Below, in pieces: positions 9,356-23,026 of a stretch of DNA of 64,000 bases; within the stretch, counting starts at the first letter, position 1; the number at the start of each line of letters is the position of its first letter. The notes beneath the pieces are model-generated. The model saw only the letters and a program-made list of their open reading frames with translations. It had not been told where the DNA came from and ran no database searches. A program made the position numbers and the translations under genes. Location: positions 18,728,857 to 18,792,856 of the forward strand of contig OZ316893.1 of assembly GCA_973895155.1 (NCBI GenBank), in the 5' to 3' direction. The DNA comes from Marsupella aquatica (Eukaryota > Plantae > Marchantiophyta).

Positions 9356-12300
9356 ATGGCTCCAAGGTTGCCTCTTCACAACCCATTTAGGATTAGGCAT
9401 CATGATTCTAAATTGTGGATGCGTGAACAAGCCCGGGCCGCCCAAGGTAGGAGTAGGAGGATGAGATGCCCATGCACACAGTGCCAAGGATTCAAGTCGT
9501 TGAGTTTGAACACTGTGCACCTTCACCTGCTGCGGCATGAAAGGCACCCTCGGTGGAGGGTTTGGAATGTACCAGCAGAAGAAGACTCCTCTGATGAAGA
9601 GTGGAGAGCTGACTTTGTGGATTCTAATACAGCTAGGCGTAGAGACTACGTAGAGCAGGACATAGACTGTGCAGAGGATGGTCCTGGGGTCCAACATGAG
9701 AACGTGGATGACCAAGATGGAGATGTAGAGGCAGTCACTGAGGACGGTGGGATGGATGTCCCAAGAATGGTTCAAGAGATTTTTGAAGACCTTGATGCTT
9801 TTTACGACACAGTGGAATCAGAAGAGGACAATGAACCGCAGCCACACATTGGCGACGGCCAAGCTGAACCTGACTTTGACATTGGGGAAGGTGCAGCAGA
9901 GAGGGAGTGGGTGTTTGGGGGCCCAAAACACATCAAAGAAGCTTGCATTCCTATCTACGAGGGGTCGAACTGCTCCAAGCTGGGTTTTGTCGTGTTGTTG
10001 TTGAACATCTGTGGCAATCACAATGTTCCCAATATATTTGTGACAGAGTTGTTGACCTTCCTGCGCCGAAATGTGTTACCAGATGGTAATTCAATTCCAA
10101 AAAATATGTACGAGGCTAGGAAATTGATGTCTAACCTTGGGCTGAACTATGTGTCTATTGATGCATGCCCTGATGGGTGTGTTCTCTTTCGCAAAGAGCA
10201 TGCAGATAAATTGACATGCCCTCATTGTGGTAAGCACAGGTACAAGAATGTAGGGAAATGTACACACCCTGCCAAGGTTCTTCGTCATTTTCCTCTCATT
10301 CCTAGACTACAACGTCTGTTTAGATGCCCTGCCATTTCCAAGCTGATGACATGGACTCCTGATAACAAGAGCAGTGATGGCCTGCAGCGTCACATTGGAG
10401 ATTCCAACCATTGGAAATTTGTTGATGAGAGGTGGCCACAGTTTGCTGCAGAGAAGCGGAACTTTCGATTTGGTCTATCACTGGATGGAGTAAACCCATT
10501 TGGAGACAAAAACAACCGTTATTCATGTTGGCCGGTTACGCTGCTAAATTACAACCTTCCCCCATGGATGACTACAAAGAGGTTTTTTGTCATGATGGTG
10601 CTGTTAATCCCTGGACCAGCTTCTGTGACCGAGCAATTCATAGATATCATGTTGGCTCCAGCAGTGGAAGAGTGGAAGACTTTGTGGATAGAAGGGGTGT
10701 TAACCCATGATGTTCTGAAGGGGCTTCTTCGACCCAGCCCCTTTAGACTGCATGCAATTTGTTTGCTGGATATAGCAGATTACCCAGGCCATGGCATCAT
10801 ATCTGGACGAGTGACAAAGGGCTATGTGGGGTGCACACCATGTGGGAAAAATGTGACAAGTGAGTGGTCGCATGCCTTGCACAGTATGAAATTTCAGGGG
10901 CATAGAAGGTATCTGCCTATTGATCATCCTTACAGGCACACACGGTCTCAAATTGCACACTTCAACAACAAAACAGAGCTCCGTGGCCCACCACAGAGGG
11001 TCACCAGAGAGCAAGTCCTGAGGTGGGCAGCCAGGAAGGCTGATTGGGACAAGAGAAGTGCCACTGATCGAGAACCTGAGGATCCAGTGGTGAAACACGG
11101 TGTGAAAAGACAGACCTTGATGGACTTGGAGTTGGAGTACTGGAGGGTAATGTACTTAGCCTCCAGCCCCTGTATGATTGCAATTTTAGATTGGAGCAAT
11201 GGTGGATTGATGTTGGTTACAATCCTCCTATGTGGTTAATTAGTGTTTCTGTTGTTGAATTCTTTGCTTTGTGGAGTGCAGGAATTCGAGCCCAGCAAAC
11301 ACAATGTGGACGTCATGCACATTGAGAAAAATATTTGTGAGAGCTTGCTGAAGTTCTTGTCGGGTGAGAAAGATACAGGAGCAGTTCGAGCTGATATGCA
11401 ACAGAAGGGGATTCACCCTCACCTTTGGTTGAAGCCCCATGCAAGCAATCCCAATGTACTTCTCAAGTTCCAAGCTCCCTATGTGTGCACACAGGATGAA
11501 TGGAAGACATTCTTGTATAGATTGAGCTGTCTGAAAGTGCCCTCTGGCTATGCTGGTGCCTTCAAGAAGCATATTACAAAGAATAAACTTGGCAGTATGA
11601 AAACACATGACTACCATGTGTTGATGCAGCACATTCTGCCCCTATGCCTCAGAGGTCTCATGCAGAAACCAGTCCGTAATGTCATTCTTCGACTGTGCAA
11701 TGTATTTCGCCGTATATGTGTGAAAGTGTGGGATCCCCAAGGATTGGAGCAGTTGAAGCAGGATGCTGCTTATGTCCTCTGTGACTTGGAGATATACTTC
11801 CCCCCTGCTTTCTTTAATGTTATGACTCATCTCCTAATCCATGTGGTAGAAGAGCTAGGGCAGTATGGGCCAGTCAGTACCAGATGGATGTACCCTATGG
11901 AGCGATACATGAAGTTGTTGAAAGGTCATGTGAGAACATACTATAGGCCAGAGGCTTCCATGGCATTGGGGTACATTAAGGATGAGACGTTGGGATTCCT
12001 AACAGAGTACATGGCTGGGTCTGGTGAAGCTATGACAAGAGTTTGGAAATCTGGTGAAGATGATGGAGTGAGTGGCGAGGTTGTTGAAGGTGTGGGACGT
12101 GCTGTTCAGCTGCCTGTTGCGATTCGAGACAAGGCTCATTCATATGTGCTGGCAAACACAGAGCCTATGCAACCATGGTGGAGGTGAGTGATTGAATTGA
12201 CTTGCCTTTGTTGTGATGCTTCTTGTCTGTTCCAAGGGTGATCTTAGGTTGTCATGTGTTGTTTAGACCTAATTATGCCTGTACCTCATATTGCAGGGAA

Positions 12301-13056
12301 TATGATATGCAAAAAGCTGCACACTCTAGGCAGCAGGATCCCTTCCCACAGTTCGAGCAGTGGATTCGGGTGACAATTCGAGAGCATAGTAGACATCACC
12401 CAGATATGGAGAAGGATTTGTATCTTCTATCTGTGCCACCACGATTGTCTATTCTAACCTACAAACAGATGAGAGCTTATGGAAATCATTATCGAGTGAG
12501 GGATGAGCAGGGTGACCATTGTGTATCATATGATTGTGGTTTGATTTCTGTGTTTGAGCAGAGAACCTCTGAAGAACAGAGGGGGTGGATGAAGATGGGT
12601 TACGTGGGGGAGTTGATCGACATTTGGGTGTTGAATTATGGTAACACAAGTGTCCCAGTGATATTGATGAAGGGATCATGGGTGAAATCAGAGTGGCAGA
12701 GACCAAGGGCCACCATGAAGCGTGATCATGATGGGTTCTTGTTGGCCAATTTTAGGTCCAGAGTACCAGAATGGTCTGAGCCTTTTGTTTTCCCTAGCCA
12801 AGTTGAACGGGCTTTCTTTGCAGATGTGGAGGAGTCACATGGCTAGAGGGTGGTATGCCATAGCCAAGCACGGAACAGGCGGATGGATGGAAGTAAAGTA
12901 GAGTTCAGTTTGGATGACCATGCTGCATTCGAGCATCCTAGTCATGAGATTGTACTTCCAACTCGGGCAGGGACTGACTACATCCCCTTAACATTGAGAG
13001 AGACATATGATGAACCTGGGCAAATGGAATATGATGAGGTTGATGATTTGCAATAG
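9356..13056 (+). pseudogene. tnpD: CACTA TnpD-type transposase (Transposase_21, DUF4218 and DUF4216 architecture); exons 9356-11146, 11282-12183, 12297-13056; premature TAG at 12844-12846
   Basis: Motifs include RCPCTQC...HL, IDACPDGCVLF, VLRHFPLIPRLQRLF, LSLDGVNPF, YNLPPW, DYPG, HNVDVMHIEKN, WMYPMERY and EPFVFPSQV. GT-AG introns at 11147-11281 and 12184-12296 restore the frame (LEYWR|EFEPSKHNVDVMHIEKN). Confidence 0.95.
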
Positions 13057-13233
13057 GCAACAGCTGGCGATTGGCAAGTATGAGGTTGAGGATGACTACC
13101 TGCACAGAGTCACAGAACGGGAATTGCTGCCTGGAATGATGTTTAGGATAGTTGGATATGCATGAAATTGATTGATACTTTGAATTTAGTGTGCTGATTC
13201 TCCCTGTTTGGTTGTGGGTGATGTGCAGAAGCT

Positions 13234-16200
13234 ATGGGGGAAGAGGGTGATGACATGGAGACAGACATGGGGCTTGGAGAGTGGGGTGAAGAGGAAAGAT
13301 TGGATATGGATGGAGACCCAGATGCAGGGGGCTCACAGAAAAATGCACCTGTGCAAGATGCACAGGGCCCTCATCAAGTCCCAGGTAGGTGGGCAGCTAG
13401 AGAGAAATCACATAATCCATACCCTAGAAGGAGCCAGAGTTATTGGCAAGGGACGCCTGATAATTATGATGATGACTATGATGGAGCAGAAGATGGATGG
13501 GATGATTATGAACACCCAGAGCGTGGTAGAGACGGGTACAGAGGGCAATGGAAAGGTGAGGAGGATGATTGGACAAGTAAGTGCCTTGTGCTAGTGATTT
13601 TGTGATGGTAGTAGAGATTTAGCTCAATATGCACTTATCTGATGTGTAGCTAGGGCAAAGAGTTTATCTTACAGGTCCATGAGTGTGGCATGTACCTGTT
13701 GGTATGCAGACTCTGATTGGGACAATCACGAAAACAACAAAGGCCATCCACGTTCAGATAGGAGGCAATCATTCACAGGCGGGAGAAACGCCCCTAATTC
13801 ATCAAGACAAAGCAATAGGACAGGTGGTCCAGAACCATCTATGCGCCAAGGGAGAGGTAACTTGGTCATTGCAGAATTGCTCTGAAGTCCACTGTATATT
13901 TGGCAGCGGGATTTATGATTCATACTTACCTAATGTAAGTGACTGTAAATGGATCCTGTAAATGTGCAGGGACTCCAGGGAGGTTTGGACAATGCAATCC
14001 AGGCCGTGGGGGGAGATCAGGCCGTGGAGGGACCCCAGGCCGTGGGGGGACACCAGGCCGTGGAGGGACACCTAGTAGCACTTCAGGGAGTACCAAGGCA
14101 GGAGACAGTAACAAATTTGGTAAAGTAGAAGTGAATTCCGAAGGTTGGATAACTCCCACATGTGATGGTAAGAACCGTTGGCATTCTGACCTAAGAGGAG
14201 AAGTATTGCGTTGGTTAGATTTGAGCATTACAGAGTTTAGGAGTCAGAACAAAGCTGATTGGGCTACTATCTGCAAGGACATTCTTGAACGGTGGGAGTA
14301 TGTTGGTAATGATGGTAAGGGCCCAGTTGAAGATTGCATATCAGATTATGCAATGAGGATTTTGAAACAAGAGAGGCATAGGTTGAAAAGGATGTGGATA
14401 GACAATGGTTCTAACAGGAGAATGCCACCACCCCCATCATTGGAACTGGATCAATGGACACGGTTAATCAAAGGGTTCATGTCGGAGGCTGGACAGAGCA
14501 AGAGTGAACTGATGTCAAATGCTCGAGGCAAAGTGAAACACCTTTCACAGGCTGGGAGAGGAAGTTATGCTCTAGTGAAAGAACAATTGGTAAGGCAGTG
14601 ACATGCCTGATAGTAAGCCTCAAACTTATCATCTTGCTACCATTATTACATTTTCATTGACAATCAACACTTGGTTTCATTCATATGTATGTTGATGTGG
14701 ACTGCAGAAGAAATTGACAGGTGAAGAACCATCAGCACAAGAAGTGAGAGAGGAGTTCATGAAACAAAGGAGTGAGGTGACAAGTGTAACTTCCAAACAG
14801 GTGATTATGTTGTAATTCTGTATGTTCTGTGACTATTTGGCCTTGAGCATCAGAAAGAAATGTAGTAGGAAGTAAACAACCAGTTCTTGGGGACAGTTAT
14901 CTGAGATATGTAAGCTGTGTTATGACAGGGAACTGTTACAACTCTCACAGAGATGTGTGAACGGTTGAAGTCATTAGAGTGTGGACTCCCTCAAGTGGAA
15001 AGTAAATTGGCTGATCGTTTGGATATTGTGGAGGCATCTGTAGCGAACCTTCTTGCATCAGTGGAATCTAATTTCAAGCTTGTGATTGAAAAATTGGGTG
15101 GTTCCCAACCAAACAATGAGGGCAACATTGTACAAAGTGTGCCCTTATTAACAAAAAAGGGAATTGGCAAATCTGACACAGGTATGGAAATGACACCGGC
15201 CCATTGTTCATTGTGTCCTATGTTCAAATGTTAGAAGTAAGTTTTCATGAATTGAGTGAATGGTTTGAATGCAGGAAGAGTGGAGGCAGAGAAGGACCCT
15301 GTAATCAGTAAGCAGAAGGGCAAGAAGGTTGCTGAGACAGGTAACCTGCTATGATCCAGTACATTACATTTGAAAAGTGCATGGAGTTTTGTGAAGCTTA
15401 AGCCGGTTGGAGGTAATCTTTTCTGTAAGAACTGGTTGGATGAACTGGGATCTGAAGTGACATCATGATTGATGTATCAGGTGATTCAAAGAGCAATAAT
15501 GAAGAAGATGTGCCCAGTGCCTCAGTGACCATAGCCAAGGAGGTATCAGGTAAGCTGATGCTTTAAATTCCTCTATATGAATGTTGAGAAACAATTCAGT
15601 GGTTAATAGATTCAACTTGAATATTGTGGTGTGTTTATTGATCAACAGAAGCAGACATGGAGCATATGGCAATGGCAAAGAAGGGGAAGAAGGCTGTTCA
15701 TAATGGAAAGGAGATAGTGACAACTTTGTGGTTGGTGACATGTACATTTAGCACATGTGATGAGTGATTGACTTATGTTGGACATGACACTGAATTGTAG
15801 TTGATGCAGAGTTGACAGACTCTCAACCAAGTGGGAGCAGGGTGAAGCGAGGTCGAAACTTGGGAGCAACATTGGATGCAAGTAAGATTGTAGATGCTTC
15901 AATTGAAGCAAGTACAATGTTGGCAGATACTGAGATGATGTCGCAGGGAAATCCTGCTACACAGTCAGAAGTGTCAAATATGGATGCAGATTCTTTGAAG
16001 AAGAGTGTAGCCAATTCTCGATCACCAGCACAAAACACTCATGCCAAAGTCATGACTCGCAACCAAGGTATGAATAATGTCATGTATAAGCCACCCAGGA
16101 AAGCCAAGAAAAACAGCCAGGGTAAGGTGGAGGTGATAGCCACAACAGAGCCAGTCCATAATCTTCTATCATGGGAGGATGACTCGCAGGTATGTGTGGG

Positions 16201-16405
16201 TACAGGCATTTTGCGACCGGATCATGCAAAATTCCATGGCAAAGTGGTCCCGGATGACCATGTAGTAGTGTTGTTGACTACAGTGATTGTATCTGATTGT
16301 AATTTGCCATTTCCGAATAGAGACGATGATCCACCTCAGGAAATAATTGCAGATGCAGTAGGATCTCTTGTGCTTTGGCCATCAGAGTGTGTTAGTCTGC
16401 AGTGA
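13234..16405 (+). CDS. tnpA: CACTA TnpA-like multi-exon gene (exon boundaries approximate)
   Basis: A series of short GT-AG-bounded exons follows TnpD. They encode an acidic N-terminus, RGG repeats, a Ptta/En-Spm-like core (RHRLKRMW...PPP...QWTRLI...SELMSNARGKV...GRGSY), a coiled coil, and the C-terminal FHGKVVP...LPFP...DAVGSLVLWP domain typical of plant CACTA ORF2. Confidence 0.8.
13998..14072 (+). repeat. 18-bp tandem repeat (~4 units) encoding (P/S)GRGG(T/R) RGG boxes in TnpA
   Basis: Units of ccaggccgtgg(g/a)gg(g/a).. translate as PGRGGRSGRGGTPGRGGTPGRGGTP. Confidence 0.9.
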
Positions 16406-16899
16406 CTGAATGCAAGTGTAGATAGAATCATGTGAATTGTGTCACATTTTGACATTGCCTTGGAAAGATCCAAGAAATATCTGTACCAATTTTTCCATTT
16501 GGTAAAGAGGATGAAGGAGCCGTTGTGTGTGACATTGATATTTCTGAATTCTGTATGTATGAAACAAGTGATTGATGTCAAACTATGGCTCTATGGTGAT
16601 TGTCTATGATATTTGAATCTGTTTTGTATCATTTCAGTATTAGTGTGTATGGTATAGAGGAATACTTTGTGACCTTCTTTGTAGTCTATGAAGTTTGAAT
16701 CTGTGAATTCATATTAGTGTACATGGTATAGAAGATGGCTTTCTGAAACTATGTATTCTAATGTTAACATGATGAATGGTGAACTTATAGAGTGAGTTCA
16801 TTCCAAGTACACAATAACACATGAATGCAATATGTTATTTGTGCACAAGAGTGGGTTCATTCCAAGTAGTATAGTGGGGTCTTCATCACTCATATCCAG

Positions 16900-17232
16900 T
16901 TGACATGAAAGACTTATACATACCCCACAAAGTATATTTAAAGACTACCCTCCATAACCTTTTTAGTCGTTCCCAACGACTCACCATCTCAGCCCATAAA
17001 AGACTGAAAATGACTCACCAAAGCTACCCACACAAAGACTAAAATAGATTGAAAATTCAGTCTATTAAACGACTTATAAACCAGTTCTATAAAGGACTCA
17101 GTTGATTATAGTAACAAAACATACGACTCGCAGTCCTATAAAGGACTGGAATCCTTCCCAGTCGTTTCCAAGTCCTACACGGTACTGAATAGTCATTAAT
17201 GGGGTCTAAATACCCCTCGGTTTCTACTAGTG
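16900..17232. repeat. CACTA-1 3' subterminal motif array and TIR
   Basis: Repeated aagact/gact/agtc motifs end in TTTCTACTAGTG. Confidence 0.75.
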
Positions 17233-17235
17233 AAT

Positions 17236-20200
17236 CTTTAACATCATCCCCTTCTCTATCTCAATTGTAGGACAGAAAGCAGATGACAACTTGAAGTGTG
17301 GAGCCAACGGGGTACTTACTGGCTTGCTATCCCCATGTTGAACCTTGCAATTACCTTCCTCGCATAATTGCTTTGCTTCGATCATAGTTTACCAGCCTCC
17401 AAGTCCCTAGTGATCTCCATACCCAAAATCCTCTTAGCTGGCCCTAAGTCCTTCATCTTAAACTTTGCACTTAGCAGTGCCTTGAGCTTAACAATCTCAG
17501 ACCTGTCCTTGGCCGCAATAAGCATGTCATCCACATAAAGTATTAAAATAATGAACCCAAAGACAACATTTGTCACCGGTTTAAGATATACGCAAGGGTC
17601 ACACACACTTTGGTGAAAGCCTTGTGCACGAATCCAATCATCAAATCGCTTATTCCACAGTCTTGGTGACTGCTTCAACCCGTACAAGGATCTCAACAAC
17701 CTACAAACCAAATCCTCTGGCCCTCTCTTCACAAAACCTAGCGGCTGTCTCATAAAGATCACCTCTTCCAAGGTGCCATAGAGGAAAGCAGTGACAACAT
17801 ACATCTGATCTAGCAGTAGACCAAACATAACAACAAGCACACACAATAGCCATATTGTAGAGTACTTAGCAACTGATCAGAAGACCTCATTGTAATCCAC
17901 ACCTTTTTCTTGTGTGAATCCTTTGGCTACCAACCTAGCTTTGTAGACCTTTGATCCACCTCCTATGGACTGATCCTTTAGCTTGTATATCCACTTGTTG
18001 TCCACCACTTGCTGTCCCTTAGCAAGTTTTGTTGTCTTTCAGTGACTGCATCTCTGTTTGCATTGCTGCAGCCCACTCTTGCTTCTCTTTTGAAGCACTT
18101 GCGTCATGAAATGAAGAAGGTTCCCCTTCTTCCAAAATCAACACATCACCATCATCATCAGTAACAAAATCCTCCTCTTGCAATTGAGATGAATCAACCC
18201 ATTGTCCATACCTTGATTGAGCGCGTACAGTGCGAGCAGATGTTCTTCTAGCCAATGACTCCAGTTGGTTTGCGTGTGCTGGTACAATCTGAAGCTCAGC
18301 AACATCCATTTACTACTCACCAGCATCAACAAACTCCTCTGGTTTCTGGTTCCTTTGGCACAGGAACCAACTCCATAATTGAAGCAAGTGAACTCCTTCT
18401 CTCCGGTCATGCACCTCATGACCAATCTCCCCCTCAATGAGATCCAGGATATGAGATTTTCCTTTGTCAGTACGAGAGACCTGAGTATTCTCCCCCTTCT
18501 TCAATAATCTGGATTCATTGAAGGAAATATCCCTACTGACAACCAGCTTACAAGCAATAGGATCCCATAGCCTAAAGGACTTCACACCACTCTAATACCC
18601 AAGAAAAACACATCTCTTGGAGGTAGGATTCAACTTAGTCCTATTCTGCTTTGGTGTGAGAGCATAATTATGCATCACTTCCCAAAACTACCAAGTCATG
18701 ATAGTCTGCTTGCCACTTATAGCGCATCTCAAACGGCTTGTGAAATTGATAGCACTAGAAGGAGAATGATTTACCAAATAAGTTGTGGTATTGACAGCTT
18801 TTGCCCAAAAATTTTGTGGTAAACTTGATTGACTCAACATACTCTATGACCACTCCAAGAGTGTTCGATTGAGCCTCTCAGCGATACCATTTTGCTGCAA
18901 AGTATAAACTGTGGTGAGATGGCGAGTTATCCCCTGTTCTAAATAATACTCTTCAAATTCCACTAAAGTGTACTCCCCACCGTTGTTTGACCTCAAACTC
19001 TTTACCCTTGTATCCAAACACTTGACCGTGTTTCCAGTCTGATTCTCCACCTGGGCCTTTCACTTCTTAAAAATGGACAAAATATCAGACTTATATGCAT
19101 CATGAAATAAATCCACACAAATCTTTAGTAATCGTCAATAAAGGATACATAGTACAACTTTCCAGAGTGTGAGGGAGTCGGGGATGGACCCCACACGTCA
19201 CTATGTATGTACTCAAAAATTGTCTTATAACAATGAGTTCCAATACAGAAAGCACGACGATGCTGCTTTCCAAGAATGCAATGCTCACAGAACTCTAATT
19301 TACAAGACTACAAATTAAAAATGAGACCATTCTTCCACAAGATAGTCAAACCCTTCTCACTCATGTCGCCTAGCCATGAATGTCATAGTTAAGTCATCTC
19401 CTTGTGAGACTTGGTTACATTGGCCTCTCCACATACAGTACTACCTTGCAACACATACAAATTATTTTGTCTGCTCCCCTTCAAAATCACTATCTCTCCC
19501 GACCTAACTTGAAGTTCACCATCAATAACTCTCCATTGATGACCATTTGAATCCAACACACCGAGTGGAATCAGATTCTTACGCATGCCAGGTACATACT
19601 TGACTCCAAACACTATGCGCACAGCGCCATCAAATATTTGAATCTTCACAGACCCAATACCCTCAATTTGATAGGAGTGATCATTTCCCATCAGAACTAA
19701 ACCGTTTGAAATAGAGTAAGAATTGAAAACTCACAAATGTAACAAATGTGAAAAGAGCAAGCACAATCAAGAATCCACACATCATTTGCTCTCCTAGATG
19801 ACGTGCATAGGGCATACTCCTGGCTTCATAACACATACTTATCATTGAGTAAATCAGCGTCTCCATCATCCCTAGCCACATTTGCCGATGAAGATTTGGC
19901 TGCCTTTCCCTTACAGACTCGCTTGAAGTGTCCAACCTGGTTGCACTTCCAACATGTCACTTGCCTTCTCTCTGGGGACTTGCCCCTTGATTTAGATGTG
20001 GATTTAGATCTAAACTGGGTTCTATGGTCCCCAGTTGATTGCTGCATACTCCTTCCACGGTTAACATTGAGAGCAGCACCAGATGATGAAGGTTGTGGAC
20101 ATGATTTGCATCTTCTGTTGAAGATCATCAGTAAACAAAGAACTCACCACCTCATTGTATGAGATGGTATTCCTATCACGATGCAACAACACTTGTGATA

Positions 20201-20360
20201 AGGAATTGTACAATGGAGGCAATGAACTAAGAAGCTGTAGAGCCTTCTTCTCATCATTCAATTCCTCCCCAAGGTTTTCCAAGTCAACGACCATGTCGTT
20301 GAAGGCATCCACATGGTCCTGCAACTTTGTACCGATTTCTTTCATCCTAAAACTCATCAA
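17236..20360 (-). pseudogene. Copia-A gag C-terminus, protease, integrase and RT (multiple stops/frameshifts)
   Basis: Motifs include the zinc knuckle CWKCNQVGHFKRVC, VKYVPGMRKNLI, LRSNNGGEY, QQNGIAERLNRTLLE, FRLWDP, SLYGLKQSPRLW and LYVDDMLIA. Confidence 0.93.
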
Positions 20361-20728
20361 ATGGGACTTTTGAAAAGTTGAAGTGGGGCTGGATTAGAAA
20401 GGGAGTTGTGAGAGCGGACAGAGCTTTTTCTCTTTGCTTTTTGACCTTGGCTCTCATCATTCGCCATAGATTACAATCCACTTAAAATTTCTACTATGCT
20501 CACCGATGGAAGGATGGAATTGCTCTGGCTCACAGCTCTATTCTGAATCTTTCTAAGCGCAGTTTGAGTTGGCAACGATTGAGTTCTACTTTTGAAACAT
20601 TTCTAGAATCTACTCAACCTGGACACTCCCGAGTTGAAGTCTCCCCGTTTGCATACTTGGCTCTACAAAGGCTCCACTTTTTCCAGCAAAGAATTGCATA
20701 ATGGACAATTCTTCCCGCTACGTACTAG

Positions 20729-22982
20729 TATGCAAAATCTCTCTTTTGCTGGCCGTGGACCAGGTCGATTCTATAATTCCTCCTTGGGGCGAGGATCAGG
20801 AAGAGACTCACACAACGATTCATGGAGGAATGATACTGGACGTTGGGTAAAAAAGGGAGATGATTTCTCCCGGATTGGGCCCGAGAAGGAACATAGCCGC
20901 TTCTCTATGTAGAATGCGCGAGGTGGGCCGAAAGCTACCCCTTACAATCTATTTGACAACTTTGGAGCTCAAGCTGAGAAAAAACCACTGGAACAGTCTA
21001 AGAAGAATTCACGATACATCCCCCGCAACGGTCCATCGTGGGCAGAACAAATGGAAGAAGAAACAATGGCGTAGGCAGGAAGAATACTGGCTTCTTCTCC
21101 TCATGGCATGAGGATCTCTGACCATGCTGGAGACATGAATCATTCCAATCCCCTCATCCCCAATTACAATCATTTGAACGGGTCAATTGAAAGAGAACAA
21201 CGAGAAGATTTGGGCTCCCAACACGATCACCTACCGATGCACTGGCAAGCAAATGCGGAGGTGCGCGGAGGCGCTGACTTCTTTGAAGGTTCCCAAGAGA
21301 CTTGCCAAGACATACTGAAGACTATTGCAAACAACTCCACAAAAGATTGGCCTAACAAACTCCACACCACCATCCGATGGCCCTTCGAGGAAGCAGCACT
21401 CTTGGTTAAAGAGCTTTCTAACTGCACGATGATGTGTTTCTTCACTGACCGTGCTCCTCTTCTTCCTGCTTTTCGAGACTAGGTAGAAGGGGGTTTTATC
21501 AGGGATATGAGTTGGCCAGTCACTCAAAACAAATTTTTGGGGAAAATTTTCTACAGAATTTCCTTTGAGCACCCAGAACACTAAGACGCGGCCTTGGAAC
21601 TCGCTCCACTTTTTATGGACCAAAAGTTTCTTCATACATTCCCATGGGAACCTTCCTTTGATGTGAGAAGCGATTCTTACATGAAGCTACCTGTTTGGAT
21701 CAAACTTCCCTTTTGTGCACTAGTTCTTGAAGGATGTCGGAAAATGATCACGGAATCCTTCGGTAAGCTTCTCTTTTACATTCAAGGTGATGTTTGCAGC
21801 TCTTTCCCACACGACCGTGCCTGTATTCTTTGGGATACCAGTCGGGAAATCCCGCGCAACGTTGGAATTCAGATTATGGATGACATCACTATCTGGCAGC
21901 CAGTTGTGTTCAAAAATATACCTTACCATTGCTTCAAATGCAACGAAAAGGGTCATCTAGCTAGAAATTGCATAGCTTTTGAAGAATAAGAGAAGAAAGA
22001 TATAGAATTGACCAAAACCAACAAGGAGGAAGAACTAAAACCCACTGATCATGCTGCTACTTCCGAATCTCCAAACCCACGCATAGAAGGCTCGGCAGAT
22101 CTATAGGGACAAATTCACCTGGATGCTGACACGTTACACCAATCTACGACTGCAAACACTGCACTTGAGACTAATCCGGTCCATTCTACCCCTGCAATTG
22201 TAGTGGCTGCAAATACCAACTCTGGATTGCATGATTTGAATCTGCGTCTAGAAGTCATGATGCTAGACGCTCTACCCCAAAGACACATGCTATTTCCTCA
22301 CCAGTCGTCTACTTGAGAAGTGCACTATCCCCCAACACTAATACTCATAATGTGGAGCATATCACTTCTCCTCCCCTCACCAGTGCGACGTTGAATACCA
22401 CCAAGTTTGCTGAAGACCACGGTCTCCCACCGCTAAGAGATAATTCTCTCTTCCAAGAACATCCAACTCCGGCAGAATACGCAGACCCTGAGAACAGGCC
22501 GAATCAAGAGATACATGCAATACTTGGCACCAGGCTCAGGCGCGGCTCTGGAGGAGCAGTCTACTATTCTCCCCCTGATTGCCACTTCAAACCCGCTTTT
22601 CCAAGATTTTGAGATGCACACAAATGATCAACTAACAACCCGGGCGGCAAGTGATGATGAGAATATATTAATTCTTGGCGGTTCTGATGTAGAAATGTCG
22701 GAGTATGAGGAATACATCTCCAAGAGCCAACTCAAGAAGGAGCGTGCCAGGAAGCTGGAGCTGCAAACACCCCCGTCGGATCAGAAGAAGAAAAAAGACA
22801 AGAAGGCTGACACAAAGAAAGGAAGATCAATCTGGTGCACAGGTTTGCATGCGCTCGAACTCTTATCTCCATTAAATGACCCTAGATTCATTGAGGGAAT
22901 TACTGGTCTGAGCACCTTTAGGGCCTCTCGTTTCTCCTCCCTCATTTTGAGGTACCTAGCACCTCAATTAGAAAGCTTTTGA
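20729..22982 (+). pseudogene. LINE ORF1 (DUF4283-like region plus CCHC knuckle), broken; start approximate
   Basis: FPWEPSFD...LPVWIKLP and CFKCNEKGHLARNC (21594-21989), followed by a low-complexity basic tail. Confidence 0.8.
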
Positions 22983-23026
22983 ATTTTTCCAATTTTCCCC
23001 TTTTTGCGGATTATAGATAGCTGAAG

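Larger units (their letters stand above)
875..17232 (+). mobile_element. Complete CACTA (En/Spm) DNA transposon, 16,358 bp, with cargo genes (CACTA-1, copy a)
   Basis: The 5' end reads CACTAGTAGAAACCGGGGTAATTTAGACC at 875. The 3' end reads GGTCTAAATACCCCTCGGTTTCTACTAGTG, ending at 17232. The 3-bp TSD AAT is at 872-874 and 17233-17235, and the flanks rejoin into Copia RT. The element encodes TnpD- and TnpA-like genes. Confidence 0.97.

Noticed and set aside
9344-11239. 631-aa ORF as a complete protein
   Set aside because: It is exon 1 of the spliced TnpD. The last ~30 codons are intron read-through after the GT donor at 11147.
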